From positions 512,371 through 576,370 of the forward strand of contig NW_003314278.1 in assembly GCF_000143415.4 (NCBI RefSeq): 64,000 nt of DNA, written 5' to 3'. Made by a program: the position numbers and the translations under genes. Every line of letters begins with the position of its first letter. Position 1 is the first letter of the stretch. Positions 39,159 to 49,760 of this stretch are shown piece after piece. The notes beneath the pieces are model-generated. The model did no database searches and was not told where the DNA came from. It worked only from the letters and a program-made list of their open reading frames with translations. Source of the stretch: Selaginella moellendorffii. Taxonomy: Eukaryota > Plantae > Lycopodiophyta.

Positions 39159-40110
39159 TCAGCTATCCAAGAGAGCCATCTCATTACCCCTGCCTTCTGG
39201 AGCTTCTTGGGCGGCCTTGGCCGCCACCTTGGCTTCAACCACGTCCAAGAACACCCTTGCCAGCCGCACAGACTCTGTCCGGTCGGCCTCCCGCAGGTAC
39301 CCGTCCTTGAACTCGTCCCAAAACTCCATGCCAGGCCGGGGATAGTAAGGATCATTGACAAAGAAGCTGTCGACGAGCACGTCCACATCGTTGTTGTGAG
39401 GCTTGCACTGGTTGAAATCGAAGCAGGCAAACCCGGGGTCGGAGAAGGTCCTCAGCTCGTCACCACCCACGACGAACTCGATGTCGCGACCATCCAGTCC
39501 TGGATTAAAGAAGCGCAAAAGTAACGCACGAATGAAACAGTACAAAGCTGAAAACACCTGCGAGGTGGTGGATCCTGGCGAGAAGTCTACCCATTTCTTG
39601 GGCCAGCGATTCGATCGGCAGCCCCAGCTCCTTGCAACGATTGGCATCCAGCGGGAAGTTATTGGCATTGAAGAATCGAGACGCCAGGCGCTGGCGTTTT
39701 GCACCCAAGTAGATCCGTGCGACGAAGGGCTTGGAGTACCTAGAGTGGAGCGCAGGGAAGAACTTGGCCCTGATGGAATCCGCGAGAGCAGGGGGGACGG
39801 GCCAGACTCGCTGCATCGTGTACGCGGCAGGTATATTTGGCAGCAGCGACGAATCCATTCGCAGGCGCTCCGCCAGTGATGCGAGAGAAGGGAAGAATTC
39901 GACGGGCTTGGGCACCAGAAAGAGGAGATTCTCTGCGCCCTGGCATGCCTTACTTATCTTTTGGTGATTCTCAAACTCATCGAGCAGCTCGGAAAAGCGG
40001 CTGGCATCTGCCAAGCACTTGATCGCCACGTTGTTCCGCGATTGCCATACGTAAACTGTGGCAAAGCTCCCCGCTCCCAAGCGCACAATCTCAGTAACCT
40101 CTTGTATCAT
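39159..40110 (-). CDS. DUF3669-family protein-kinase-like protein, 2 exons (40110-39558, 39499-39159), 297 aa
   Basis: A 58-bp GT..AG intron (39557-39500) joins two ORFs in frame. Motifs LGAGSFATVY, VAIK, RIYLG, NNFPL, MGRLLARIHHLAGLDGRDIEFVVG, FDFNQC, NDPYYPRP, WDEFKDGYL follow the DUF3669 pattern. Confidence 0.8.
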
Positions 40111-41099
40111 TCTAGGGTTTCTAGAATGAAAGAATTAGAAAAGGATTAAAAACCCTTTTCTAGGGTTTTTAATCACTGCGTCAAGTGCTTCATCAATTGC
40201 AGCAGCCAAAGTAGTCCGCGATCACGGACACCCGCCCCCACTTCCTCGTCGCCAGAAGAAACTCGTTGAGAATGTCTGTGGTGTCGACAAACTCTGCGAT
40301 CCCGGGACGCCACCAACCAAGTTTCCGTAGCTAAAGGCTCCGGAGTGCCTGTGACCGTGGATGAGCTCCATGAGCTTCGAATCATCGGTGGCATGAACAT
40401 GAATCCAATGGCGCCCATCCCATGTGCGTCTTCCATAGACTAGATCTCTTTGCGCCCCGGTCGAAGGCTTAATTGTCCCAAAATCTGGCCTTCAGAGGTG
40501 TCGGGGATCTCTCCGGCGTAGACGTGAGAGTCAGAGCCGGAGCAAATAGTGCAAGCAGTGACTTTGACCATCACGTCCTTGGGATGAGTGATGAGCGGCT
40601 TGGGGACCTTGCATCACCTCCATGTCTGATGTTGCTGGCCTCGTCGAGCCTTGAGCCACAGGGGCCTTCCCAGCTTTCTCATCTAGAGCCTGCGCGATGA
40701 CGTTCATTATAGTGAGAAGCTTTGAAAAGAACAAAGAGCTAGCGAGCTAATTTCTTCCCTTTCCTGGTTGCCGTAGAGAAACCCGAGCAGATGTTTTGAT
40801 CGATCGTCCGCTCAATTTTCTCCACTTGGAGAACATCGGCTTGGTTGAAAGACGTTGAAAAACTTGCCTCGAGATCAGTCACTGCTGCGCATGAAATACT
40901 TAGCTCTTTGGAATTAAGCCGCGGTTCCTGACATCTATTCCTTCTCTGGAGAACTCCAAGTGAGCCATTTGCTGGTCCCGAGATATCCTCCGCCCATTCA
41001 CGACTCTCCAGACAGTGCAGCGTCCTGGCTTGTGATCCCAGAACGATTCCAGTGTGTCCATGAGCCTCCATGTCTCTTCGTTCGGTTCAATGTTATGTT

Positions 41100-42362
41100 A
41101 TGTGAAGGAAGTTGGTTGGCATCCTCTTTGTAGAAACTAGACGTTGAGCAGTCCGTTGTAGACTTCCACGTCACCGCAGGAGCCGTAGTTGGAAATGAGC
41201 TTCTCGGCCGAGTGTCTCCCCTCTTGGCGAACACCGGGAGCAAAGCCATCACTGTCTTGTAGAATAGCTTCCGGTCCTTGAAAGGAATCTCGAAAGCTTC
41301 GTCCAGCTTCTTGAGCGCGCTTTAGATCTGCGAAGTTTCAACGTAGCCAGAGACCAGAAAGTTGTAGGGAAGAAAGCAGCTCTTGCCGATGTGCTTCTCC
41401 ATGAGCTTCTCCGCCTGGTCCATCATCTTGAGCCTCACACAGATTTCCACGATCCAGATGTATGGATTTTGAGGAATCCGTTCGAACTTTTGCAACACTT
41501 CCTCCAGCACCTCATATGCCTTTTCCAAGTCCCCGAACAAACCAAACGACTTGATTGCGGAGATGTAGCTGTTTAAGTCGGGAGCAACAACTTGTTCGCT
41601 CTTGAGCAGCGTCCACATCCTGTCCACCATCTTCCGCTTTCCTAAGAGTGCATAGGAACGCATTATCAGATTGAGTAGCCGTGTGCCTCTTCGAAGTTAG
41701 TTCTTTTCAGCTCCGTGTCGAACTCCATCTCAATCTCCTCAAAACTTTCTCGGCACTGCCAGTACATAAACAGCACCGGCTTCAACCCTTTCTGCTTGAA
41801 CCTGTAGTAAGTATCCCGCAGCTTGTCGTGCTGAGATACATGTGTGGAAACGAGTTCAAGGCGTCGACGGAGAACGAGCCGTTTAGCTCGTCCATCAATC
41901 TCTCCGCCGTCCTCTTTCGCAACAGCTGTAAGAAAAGCCGTGGTTACCTCCTCTGTCCTCAAACTCTCTGGCATGCTTCTGAACAAAGCCTCGCCTTTTG
42001 ATGGCTCCAGCTGAAGACATAGCTGTGAGATCTCTTGCATGTATAGCTTCGAGGTCATTTCTACCAGGCGTTCTTCTCTCACGACGTTCATGAACTGCCA
42101 AAGAACATAAAATACAACAGTTAGTTCAAACATTCCAAGGAAAAACATTATAGAAAAATCAATGTTTACTTTTAGAGCTTGGACGTTGTGCCTGCAGTGA
42201 AGAATCCAACCAGCAGCAACGTCCCGTGACATCACATTTCCATTGTCTATCCAATTCTTGCCTACCTCCGAAGTGTCGGCCTTAGCGTTGAGAATCCGGC
42301 ATAGGCTCACAACCTTCTCCTGCTCCGCATTCTCATTGGGTTCCTCTCCCTTGAATTCTCTT
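41100..42362 (-). pseudogene. P-class PPR pseudogene
   Basis: PDLNSYISAIKSFGLFGDLEKAYEVLEE, GEALFRSMPESLRTEEVTTAFLTA, YNFLVSGY; in-frame stops; 5' end abuts the copia fragment. Confidence 0.75.
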
Positions 42363-43078
42363 TCATCCTGAACTGTGACCATATAAAGCTTTCTTGAGGC
42401 GACATTGATAACCCTCTGGTTGCTGGACAAAGATTTCTTCATTGAGATCTCCATGCAAGAACTCTGGGCGTACATCCGTCTGATGTACCTCAAGATCATA
42501 TTGAGCTGCTAAAGCTAGCAAGACTGGAATAGAAGCCATACGTACGACAGGTGAGTACGTCTCAGTAAAATCAAGGCCTGGGATCTGTGTAAATCCGCGG
42601 ACCACATACCTGGCTTTGAACCGAACGACCTGATTAGCTGTGTTCCTGTTAACTCGAAATAGCCATTTGGTTGACCTGTCAGCTGGCTTTAGAACGAGCA
42701 TCCAGGTGTCATTTTGCATGAGGGATTGATACTCGGAGTCCATGGCGGCTCGCTGAGGACCTGTGAGCGCCTCAGACACCGTTCTGGGCTCAAGAGCATC
42801 ATTAGAACCAGCAAAATAACAACGACTCGACTGTGACCGGAAATATTGTTGACTCTTGCACGTTGAGATGGAAAGAGTGGCCGGCCAGAGCGAGAGTAGC
42901 CTACAGGTTCGCTGTGAGGTCTCTCAAGTTCTTCAAGATTTAGCCGGTGTAGTTCTTCTGAAGTGGAAAGTGTAGATGTTGGAAGACGATTGCGTAAATA
43001 GGCAGCAGTAACAATAGCCTCGCCCCAAAAGGATTTTGGACAACCAGTACCAAAGGAGCATCGCACGAGCAGCAACAA
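42363..43078 (-). mobile_element. Ty1/copia fragment (integrase end and RT) with internal deletions
   Basis: FWGEAIVTAAYLRNRLPT; FKARYVVRGFTQIPGLDFTETYSPVVR; FLHGDLNEEIFVQQPEGY; CRLKKALYG. Confidence 0.9.
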
Positions 43079-43129
43079 GTGTTCGATTGCTCTCTTCTTG
43101 TCAGCTCGACTCCTCAGTCTATCATCATC

Positions 43130-43570
43130 TCAGTCTCCTCGCCGGGCTCCAAACCTCTCTAGCATTCTCTCCTTGAGTTCTTTCGGAGTTTTGCCCGCAG
43201 CAATGTAGACTTTGAGCAGCTGGTTGTAGACAGGGGCCTCTCCAAACAGGGAGCTGTAGTGACCCATCACCTTCTCGGCTTCGTCCACGTCTCTCCTCAA
43301 GGCCAGAGCCGCTAGCAAACCCATCACGGACTTGTACTCCAGCTTTGTTGGTCGCTTCTTCACGTTCTTTGCGTCGCCTTTCAAAAGGTAGCCCGCAACG
43401 AGAGGCTCATAACACCAAAACCTGTCTCCTTGTCCTTGAGGAATTTCTCCGCCTCGTCCATCAACCCGGCCCTCGCATAAACATCGACCATAGCAGCGTA
43501 TGGATTGTGCTTGCGATTCGGGAAGCTCCAGCAGCTCCTGGAAGACCTTCTCCGCACGTGATCCTGTGAG
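43130..43570 (-). pseudogene. C-terminal fragment of a P-class PPR gene
   Basis: YEPLVAGYL, RRDVDEAEKVM, APVYNQLLKVYIAAGKTP; frameshifted. Confidence 0.65.
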
Positions 43571-43745
43571 TGACCATGAAGCTCGGATCAAACTTTGCAC
43601 TCTTGACGTGATCCAAGATGGAAGAATTTACCACATTCGTGAGAAATGATAGTTGAAAGCATAATTGCGTGTTAAAAGCTAAAGTTCGTTGGGACAAAAC
43701 AATTCGCAACGTATTCTAATCGAGGACTATGTTCTCTCTTGTTTT

Positions 43746-44477
43746 TTAATTGGTTGCTGCAAGGATGGTTTTCCGCAAAGACTTAAGATCAAACTTAATA
43801 GCCTTCCCATCTAGCGCTGGATTGCTGCTGCCATCTCCCAAGCTAGCCAAGTCCACAACAATCGATAGCTCAGGTGAATCATCGACGATGTCAAACTCTT
43901 CAATAAGACTCGACCAACAAGTCTTCTTGAGCACCACTGTCTTGATGCCCTCCTGGCCAGATCCTCTGGAAATCGACACACCAAGAGCCATGGCTGCAAA
44001 TCCTGGGCAAGTCCAGTCGTGGAGCGATCGTCTCAGCGCTGCCATGCTCTCGTTGTGGCATGCCACCTCGGCCACCAGTGCTGGGCAGTGATGATCGCGA
44101 GCGAGCAAGAGACTGAAATCCGGCTCCTTGATTACGCCTGGAAGATCCACCGTCGCCGCCCCAGACTGGGCTAATTCATCCTCCAGCCCATTCTCTATGG
44201 CATACGCGCCGATCTTGGCATCAAACCATCGACTGGCTCTCTCGTGCGCTCGGCTGGGATCGCCATACAAGAACACCTGGGATGTGCTCTTGTTGTAGCT
44301 CAAGCGCCATGGATCCTCTTCCCGCGATCGAATTTCCTTGTAAACATTCTCCCTGATTCCAGATGCTACCGCAAAAGGCCCCTGCCCGTACTCACCTCTC
44401 TTCACCGAAGACTTGTAAGCCGTTATGGCGGCCTCCAGCCCTGCATCAAAAGCCCTCTTCGTTGCCGCTCTCGCCAT
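43746..44477 (-). CDS. Uma2/DUF820-like PD-(D/E)XK restriction-endonuclease-fold protein (243 aa from the ATG at 44477)
   Basis: Intact intronless ORF with PSRAHE, KEPDFS and PALVAEVACHNES, the P..H / PD / EV(A) signature of Uma2-like REases. Confidence 0.7.
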   Translation of the reverse strand: MARAATKRAFDAGLEAAITAYKSSVKRGEYGQGPFAVASGIRENVYKEIRSREEDPWRLSYNKSTSQVFLYGDPSRAHERASRWFDAKIGAYAIENGLEDELAQSGAATVDLPGVIKEPDFSLLLARDHHCPALVAEVACHNESMAALRRSLHDWTCPGFAAMALGVSISRGSGQEGIKTVVLKKTCWSSLIEEFDIVDDSPELSIVVDLASLGDGSSNPALDGKAIKFDLKSLRKTILAATN

Positions 44478-44521
44478 AGCTTTGCCGCGCAAGAGCCCTA
44501 ATCCTTTCAAAGCTTTTGGGC

Positions 44522-46210
44522 TTATAACAAGAATCTAGAATCTTTTGCTAAATTCGAATTTAAATTCTTGGCGCGGGAGATTGGGGCTATGGAGCTTCTA
44601 ATCGTCGTCGATACGAGGACGTAAGGTCCATGCCTGTCGGCCTTAGACTCGAGCAGGAATTTCGCTAATCGATCCACTCGATCGACATCCCTGTAGATCT
44701 TGCAAGCGCCAAGGAGAATTCCCCATTCCGTGGCATCGGGCAAGAAGGGCATTGCTTTGATCAGCTCCTCCGCCTCATCAAGCTTCCCAGCGCGGCTGAG
44801 GAGATCCACAATGCAGCCGTAGTGATCCCTCTCCGCAACTATACTGTGATCGTACGTCATGGATACGAAGTGATCCCGAGCCAGGATCAAGACTCCAATG
44901 TGTATACAAGCCCCCAAAACGCTCATGAATGTCAGCGCGTCGGGCATAAATCCCTCCATGATCATCGCGGAGAGAAGGTTCAAAGCTTGGAATGCATGGC
45001 CATTCTCCGCAAAGGCGCCCAAGAGAATGTTCCACGATATAAAGTTTCGTTCTGGCAAGGCACTAAAGTATTGCCTCGTTTCCTCCAAATACCCTTTGCA
45101 AGAAAATGCGGTTAAGACAGCGTTCCACGACACAAGATTATTCCCTGGCATCTTGTCAAAGATGTCTTTACATTCTTCTAAACAGCCCTGGACGGCAAAT
45201 CCAGAAAGGATGGTGTTCCAAGACACTATGCTTAGATCTGGCATTTTGTGGAATATACCTTTTGCGTTTTCCAAATCCCCTACCTCGGCAAATGCTGCTA
45301 ACATTGCATTCCACGAGACATTTGTTCGCTGGGGCATCTTGTCAAAATAGTTTTTTGCAGCGTTGATCTCCGAAGCTTGGGCATGAGCGGTGATCATAGC
45401 CGTCCAAGAGGTCACATCGGGAACTTTAGCAAAGATCTCCTTTGCCTTCTCAAGATTCCCTGCCCGAGCATATCCTGCCAATAGAGAACTCCACGTAAAA
45501 GAATCTTTCTCGGGCATGGAGCTTAGCAAATCCAGCATGGCAGCAATATTCCCGTCCTGGGAATATCCAGCAAGCAAAGAGTTCCACGCAACGAGGTCTA
45601 CCAGGGGCATTCTGGAAAATAATCCCCGTGCCTGCTCTAGATGCCCATGCTGGGTATATGCCGCTAGAATCGCCGTCCACGATACCACGTTTCTTTCTGG
45701 CATGGAATCGAACGCGTGCCTCGATGACGCGAGATGCCCGCCCTGGGCATATACTGTGATGAGGGCAGTCCAAGATACCACGCTCCACTGGGGCATTCGG
45801 TCGAATAGAGCCCTAGCGACGGCCATCGAGAGGAAGCCACTGTTTGCGTAGCCTGTGAGGATCGTGTTCCAGTGCACGACGTCGCGGATTCCATCCGGCA
45901 TTGCATCAAAGATGTGCCTGGCATCATCGAGCTGCTGCTGCTGGGCGTAGATCGAGATCATAATGCTCCAGGAGAAGCGGTTCTTGGAATGAATCTTGCG
46001 GAAGAAGAGCTCCTCGGCATCGCACACGCTGCCGCATTTGCCATACATCTGGAGCAGCAGATTGGCGAGGTATTTGTCCTGCTCCAGGCCGATGGATGCG
46101 ATCTGGGAGTGGAGGAGCCGGCCCTGCGCTAGATCGCGCGCGGCGGTGCATCGCTTGAGCAGCTGGAGCAGCGATTCTCTCAGGCATTCTGATGATTTAT
46201 TACTTAGCAT
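44522..46210 (-). CDS. PLS-class pentatricopeptide repeat protein with E domain, no DYW (organellar RNA-editing factor type)
   Basis: Intact 562-aa ORF; many short repeats (FDxMP..NVVSWxA..xAY), then PDALTFMSVLGAC, HYGCIVDLLSRAGKLDEAEELIKAMPF, WGILLGAC, GPYVL. Confidence 0.93.
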   Translation of the reverse strand: MLSNKSSECLRESLLQLLKRCTAARDLAQGRLLHSQIASIGLEQDKYLANLLLQMYGKCGSVCDAEELFFRKIHSKNRFSWSIMISIYAQQQQLDDARHIFDAMPDGIRDVVHWNTILTGYANSGFLSMAVARALFDRMPQWSVVSWTALITVYAQGGHLASSRHAFDSMPERNVVSWTAILAAYTQHGHLEQARGLFSRMPLVDLVAWNSLLAGYSQDGNIAAMLDLLSSMPEKDSFTWSSLLAGYARAGNLEKAKEIFAKVPDVTSWTAMITAHAQASEINAAKNYFDKMPQRTNVSWNAMLAAFAEVGDLENAKGIFHKMPDLSIVSWNTILSGFAVQGCLEECKDIFDKMPGNNLVSWNAVLTAFSCKGYLEETRQYFSALPERNFISWNILLGAFAENGHAFQALNLLSAMIMEGFMPDALTFMSVLGACIHIGVLILARDHFVSMTYDHSIVAERDHYGCIVDLLSRAGKLDEAEELIKAMPFLPDATEWGILLGACKIYRDVDRVDRLAKFLLESKADRHGPYVLVSTTIRSSIAPISRAKNLNSNLAKDSRFLL

Positions 46211-47395
46211 TCAGGCATCTTGGGAAATTGGAGTCTAGGGTTTTGGCGTCCTTGATAAGAAATGCTATCAAACAATGATGATTGAAGCCCCTGAGATGTA
46301 ACGTGCACCATCTTGTAGTGGAGCCTAATGCTCTTGCTGCAAGATCATGTTCCTTCTGAAACATTACTATTTGTTTTCAAATTTTCTCAGAAGTATAATG
46401 CTTAGAAGAATATTTTGTTATCTCCAACGTATTAAATATAAAATACTCACTTATATTTGCGATCTAAATCTAAAATTTTAATTGCAAAGCTTCAATAATG
46501 CTGATTTTATTAAAAAAATAAATATTTAAAACACAAATATTTGTTTGTATTTATTTTTATTGTCCATCAAATTCTGAGTAAATTTTATTAGTAATGTGAT
46601 TATATTTTATTGATTTAAAAAACATTCAAGGGAGAGTGAAAAACAAATATCAAGTTTTTACAAGTTTTTATATATTACTTTAAGCAAAAAAAGTAAGTTA
46701 ATTTTAGTTTTATTAATCTACATTAGAAAATCAATATTAAATTTTATACTATTATGAAATAATTTACAGATAATTCTGGATAAAATATAAATAAAATAAA
46801 TCTATATTTAAAATATTATTAAAGCTATATAAAAATACAATATGTGTGAAGTAAACATTATTCTGGCAAGTGTTTGAATTTTTTAATTATAGAGTCCACA
46901 AACCCTAAAATATGATAACTATTTTTTGTTATAGTCAATGTATCCTCCTAGCATCAAGAAATAGATGTTGGTGACATCAAACAAATAATAAAGGTTAGAA
47001 TCTAGGAGACATTAGGAATTTTGCCTTCTATGATTTCAATGTTTTGACCAATGTGATCTTGTGATTGCCTTTGATGATTTGACAAAATAGGAGGTATTTA
47101 TTAAGTTGTTCTAGTCATCCACATGTACTATAGTCTTATAGTGGATATGTTTATAGTTATTCACCCATACCACAGTCCCACGGTGGATACTAGTCTATAC
47201 AATAGAAGGATTGGTAGATTTAATGTAGAAATGGAGTTGCTAGTCTACACAATGGAAAAATTAGTAAATTTACTGTAGAAATAGAGTTGTTAATCCATAA
47301 TTAATAAGGATATTAACATCTTTAAAAAGGGAGTGTTGTAAATAGCCATTAAGAGCTCTTTCATCAAACTAGTTTAAGGGGGAGTGAATGTAACA

Positions 47396-47806
47396 CCTAC
47401 TCGACTGCGTTCCAAGGTGATTGCAAAGGAGAGATGCAGGTTGCACCGATACTGGACAGGATGCTACGGAACCTTGGCCGCTTTACAAGGCCCCGCTAAC
47501 TTGAAAAGGAGCCCCGTCATCGCCATCTGACAAAAAAGTGGACTTTGTGCTCCAGTATGGAAGACAGGCGACCTAGGTTGACACGCAAAACCTTCCCAAC
47601 TCTGAGAATCTTTGGACTCTTCAACAAATGACCTGCTGATAAACCTCAGTCTGCGAGCAATTCTTCTCCGAGGCACCATTCGGATTGGAAGATGTACGTG
47701 TACACTAAACGCTACACGCTTCGTGGCCTGCGGCTCAAGGTGACGTTGGATTTCAAACGCAACGCGGGCGTCGAGAATCTCTACCAGCCAGCTATGTACG
47801 CCATAC
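47396..47806 (+). pseudogene. fragment of an unknown gene family; inverted paralog of 58609-58935
   Basis: Near-identical nucleotide match to the reverse complement of 58609-58935 (YSTAFQGDCKGEMQVAPILDRMLRNLGRF...). Confidence 0.7.
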
Positions 47807-48116
47807 GGTGGCAGGAGGAGGAGGAGGAGGAATGTCGAGCGGCATGACAAGGATACAAGAGGCGGCGGTGGTGGAGATGAACTTGGTGGGGAGAAAAGTG
47901 ATAATCAAACACGAGATCCAGGAACTGAGGACGATGTGGACTAGTTACTTTGGTCTCTTTACTTTTGTGTGTTTTACTTGTACAAAATGCAAACAAAGTC
48001 TTCATCATCTTCAAACACTTCATCATTCCCCCCGACATCATCCATCAGATCATCCCGCCCCTCGTCTTCAGTCTCCTCGCTAAGGTGATTAAAAGAAAAT
48101 GAAGAAAATCAAGGTC

Positions 48117-48166
48117 GGATTCAAACCTGCACGGGCAAGCCCACATGATTTCTAGTCATGTCCCCC
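48117..48166 (-). tRNA. tRNA-Ser(AGA) pseudogene fragment
   Basis: Minus strand CATGACTAGAAATCATG (anticodon arm), TGGGCTTGCCCG (long variable arm), GCAGGTTTGAATCC (mutated T loop). D arm and acceptor stem are missing. Confidence 0.75.
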
Positions 48167-48258
48167 TTGGCTGCTAGTTCTGAAGATCAAGAAGAATGAA
48201 GAGGACGGATTCTTCAATTCTTGTAAATATTATTGCATTTTGAAAAGCAAATTATTTT

Positions 48259-48984
48259 CTAGCTTAAACAACCAATATGTTTAGAATAATCTAATGTCCA
48301 CCATGCTCTGCTTGGATATGTTGTCAAGTAGCTTACCAGTTTACAATTATCTTCAACTGTAATATAAGTTAAAAGTAAACAATTTGGTTTGTCATAACAA
48401 ATACATATTCGGAGACCATAATACATTTCGTTTAAAAGTATATAACACTAAATTTCCATCATTTTGCAGATCTAAAAAACACTCTCCAAAATATTCATTA
48501 TTTGAAGAGAAACCAGCACTTAAAGTAGTCAAAGTAATATCACAATTTTCAGAATATCTGAAAACTATATTTATATTTTCTAAATAATTTAATGGTTTCA
48601 AATGAGTTACTAATATATATCGAATAAGATAATTATTAGACATAATTCTACATTCACTAGAAAGTGCTTGCAATAAATCATTTATTACCTTTTTAATTAT
48701 TTCATTTATTAATTTTTGGAGAGAACCACCTAAAACTGGTCTTCTAGTTAAAATTCCTGTAGAATAATATGGAGTACTTCCAGCTAAATGTTAAATTCTT
48801 ATAACACCACCTCCTCTATCAATATCTATTAAATTAGTATCAACAAAATTTTGTGGATAAGGATGAGATTCATGTAATTTTAGTGCAAGTCTTTTAATGT
48901 GACCTAAAATTATATTAATATCTTCCTCAGTAAGTGAATTAGTTTTACCCCAATCTATATTTATTTTATCAAACACAATTCCAT
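48259..48984 (-). pseudogene. very AT-rich intronless gene: unknown N-terminal domain plus C-terminal bulb-type (B) lectin domain
   Basis: ORFs 48791-48976 and 48392-48673 share a frame across one TAA. CFLDLQNDGNLVLYTFKRNVLWS contains QxDxNxVxY; flanking repeats FRYSENCDITL and, after a frameshift, ITVEDNCKLVSY..WW. Confidence 0.65.
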
Positions 48985-49498
48985 AATGTATAATAAAAAT
49001 TAAAAGAACTTAAATTATAGACATTAAAAATAAAATTTAAATAAAATTTAAGTTAATTTTATATATAGAAAAAATAAAAAATTGAATAACTTTTTTAATT
49101 ATGATTTATATTAATTTAGAACTTTGCAATTGTAACTTAGAAGCCACTAGCTATATGAGAGATTTAATATATATATATATATATACATATACATACATAC
49201 ATACATATATACATATATACATAATAATTTGATATAGCCTAGACTTGAGTAATATTATTTTTATTTTTAAAAAAATATATAAAGTTTTACCAATGTATTA
49301 CACCATTCATGTTTAGATAGCATGGCTAATGTTCACTATTCAATCCATTTCTCTAAAAACCAAATGTTGTTCAACAGTCATCAGGAACATTTATCAAATG
49401 TCCTCTATTTCTTTAACTTCTAACTCTATAATATTTTTCCACTCCAAGATTGCCACTTGTGCAAGGAGTGCTTCCAAGTTGATGCAACAAGCAGTCCA
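48940..49498. repeat. segmental duplication, copy 1 (copy 2 at ~54361-55238)
   Basis: Shared blocks such as CCATAATGTATAAT, GCCACTAGCTATATGAGAGATT and CCACTCCAAGATTGCCACTTGTGCAAGGAGT; (TA)n/(TACA)n microsatellite at ~49167-49222 in copy 1 only. Confidence 0.85.
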
Positions 49499-49760
49499 AG
49501 CCACACAGTCATGCCACCATCCTTTGTTGAACTCAATAGAGTTGATCATCAATGCTTTGTCTATGGTTCCTTTCTGTGTGGTAAGGATAAATTGCATGGT
49601 TTCATTCCATGCTTGCACTTTCACCAGTAATAGCCCTGTCTCCATACAGAGAATTCCATTGTGCATTCAGTTTTGAAGGCAATGTAATTGTGTTCATTTT
49701 TTATATTTTCTGAAGGACACCATGTGTACGTTTTATTTGACATGTACGAAGTTGCGATGC

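Noticed and set aside
40111-40170. TAGGGTTT/AAACCCT as telomeric repeats
   Set aside because: Isolated single units (telo-box-like), not tandem arrays.
41666-42499. 277-aa ORF as a real protein
   Set aside because: It is a chance read-through from an alternative frame of the copia RT fragment into a PPR pseudogene, including an intron.
32340-44477. MTase plus Uma2 nuclease as a restriction-modification pair
   Set aside because: They are ~11 kb apart, separated by the putative transposon end and unrelated genes, and in very different states of decay.
44522-44640. DYW deaminase domain on the PPR protein
   Set aside because: The ORF ends shortly after the E-domain PYVL motif; no HSE, CxxC or DYW.
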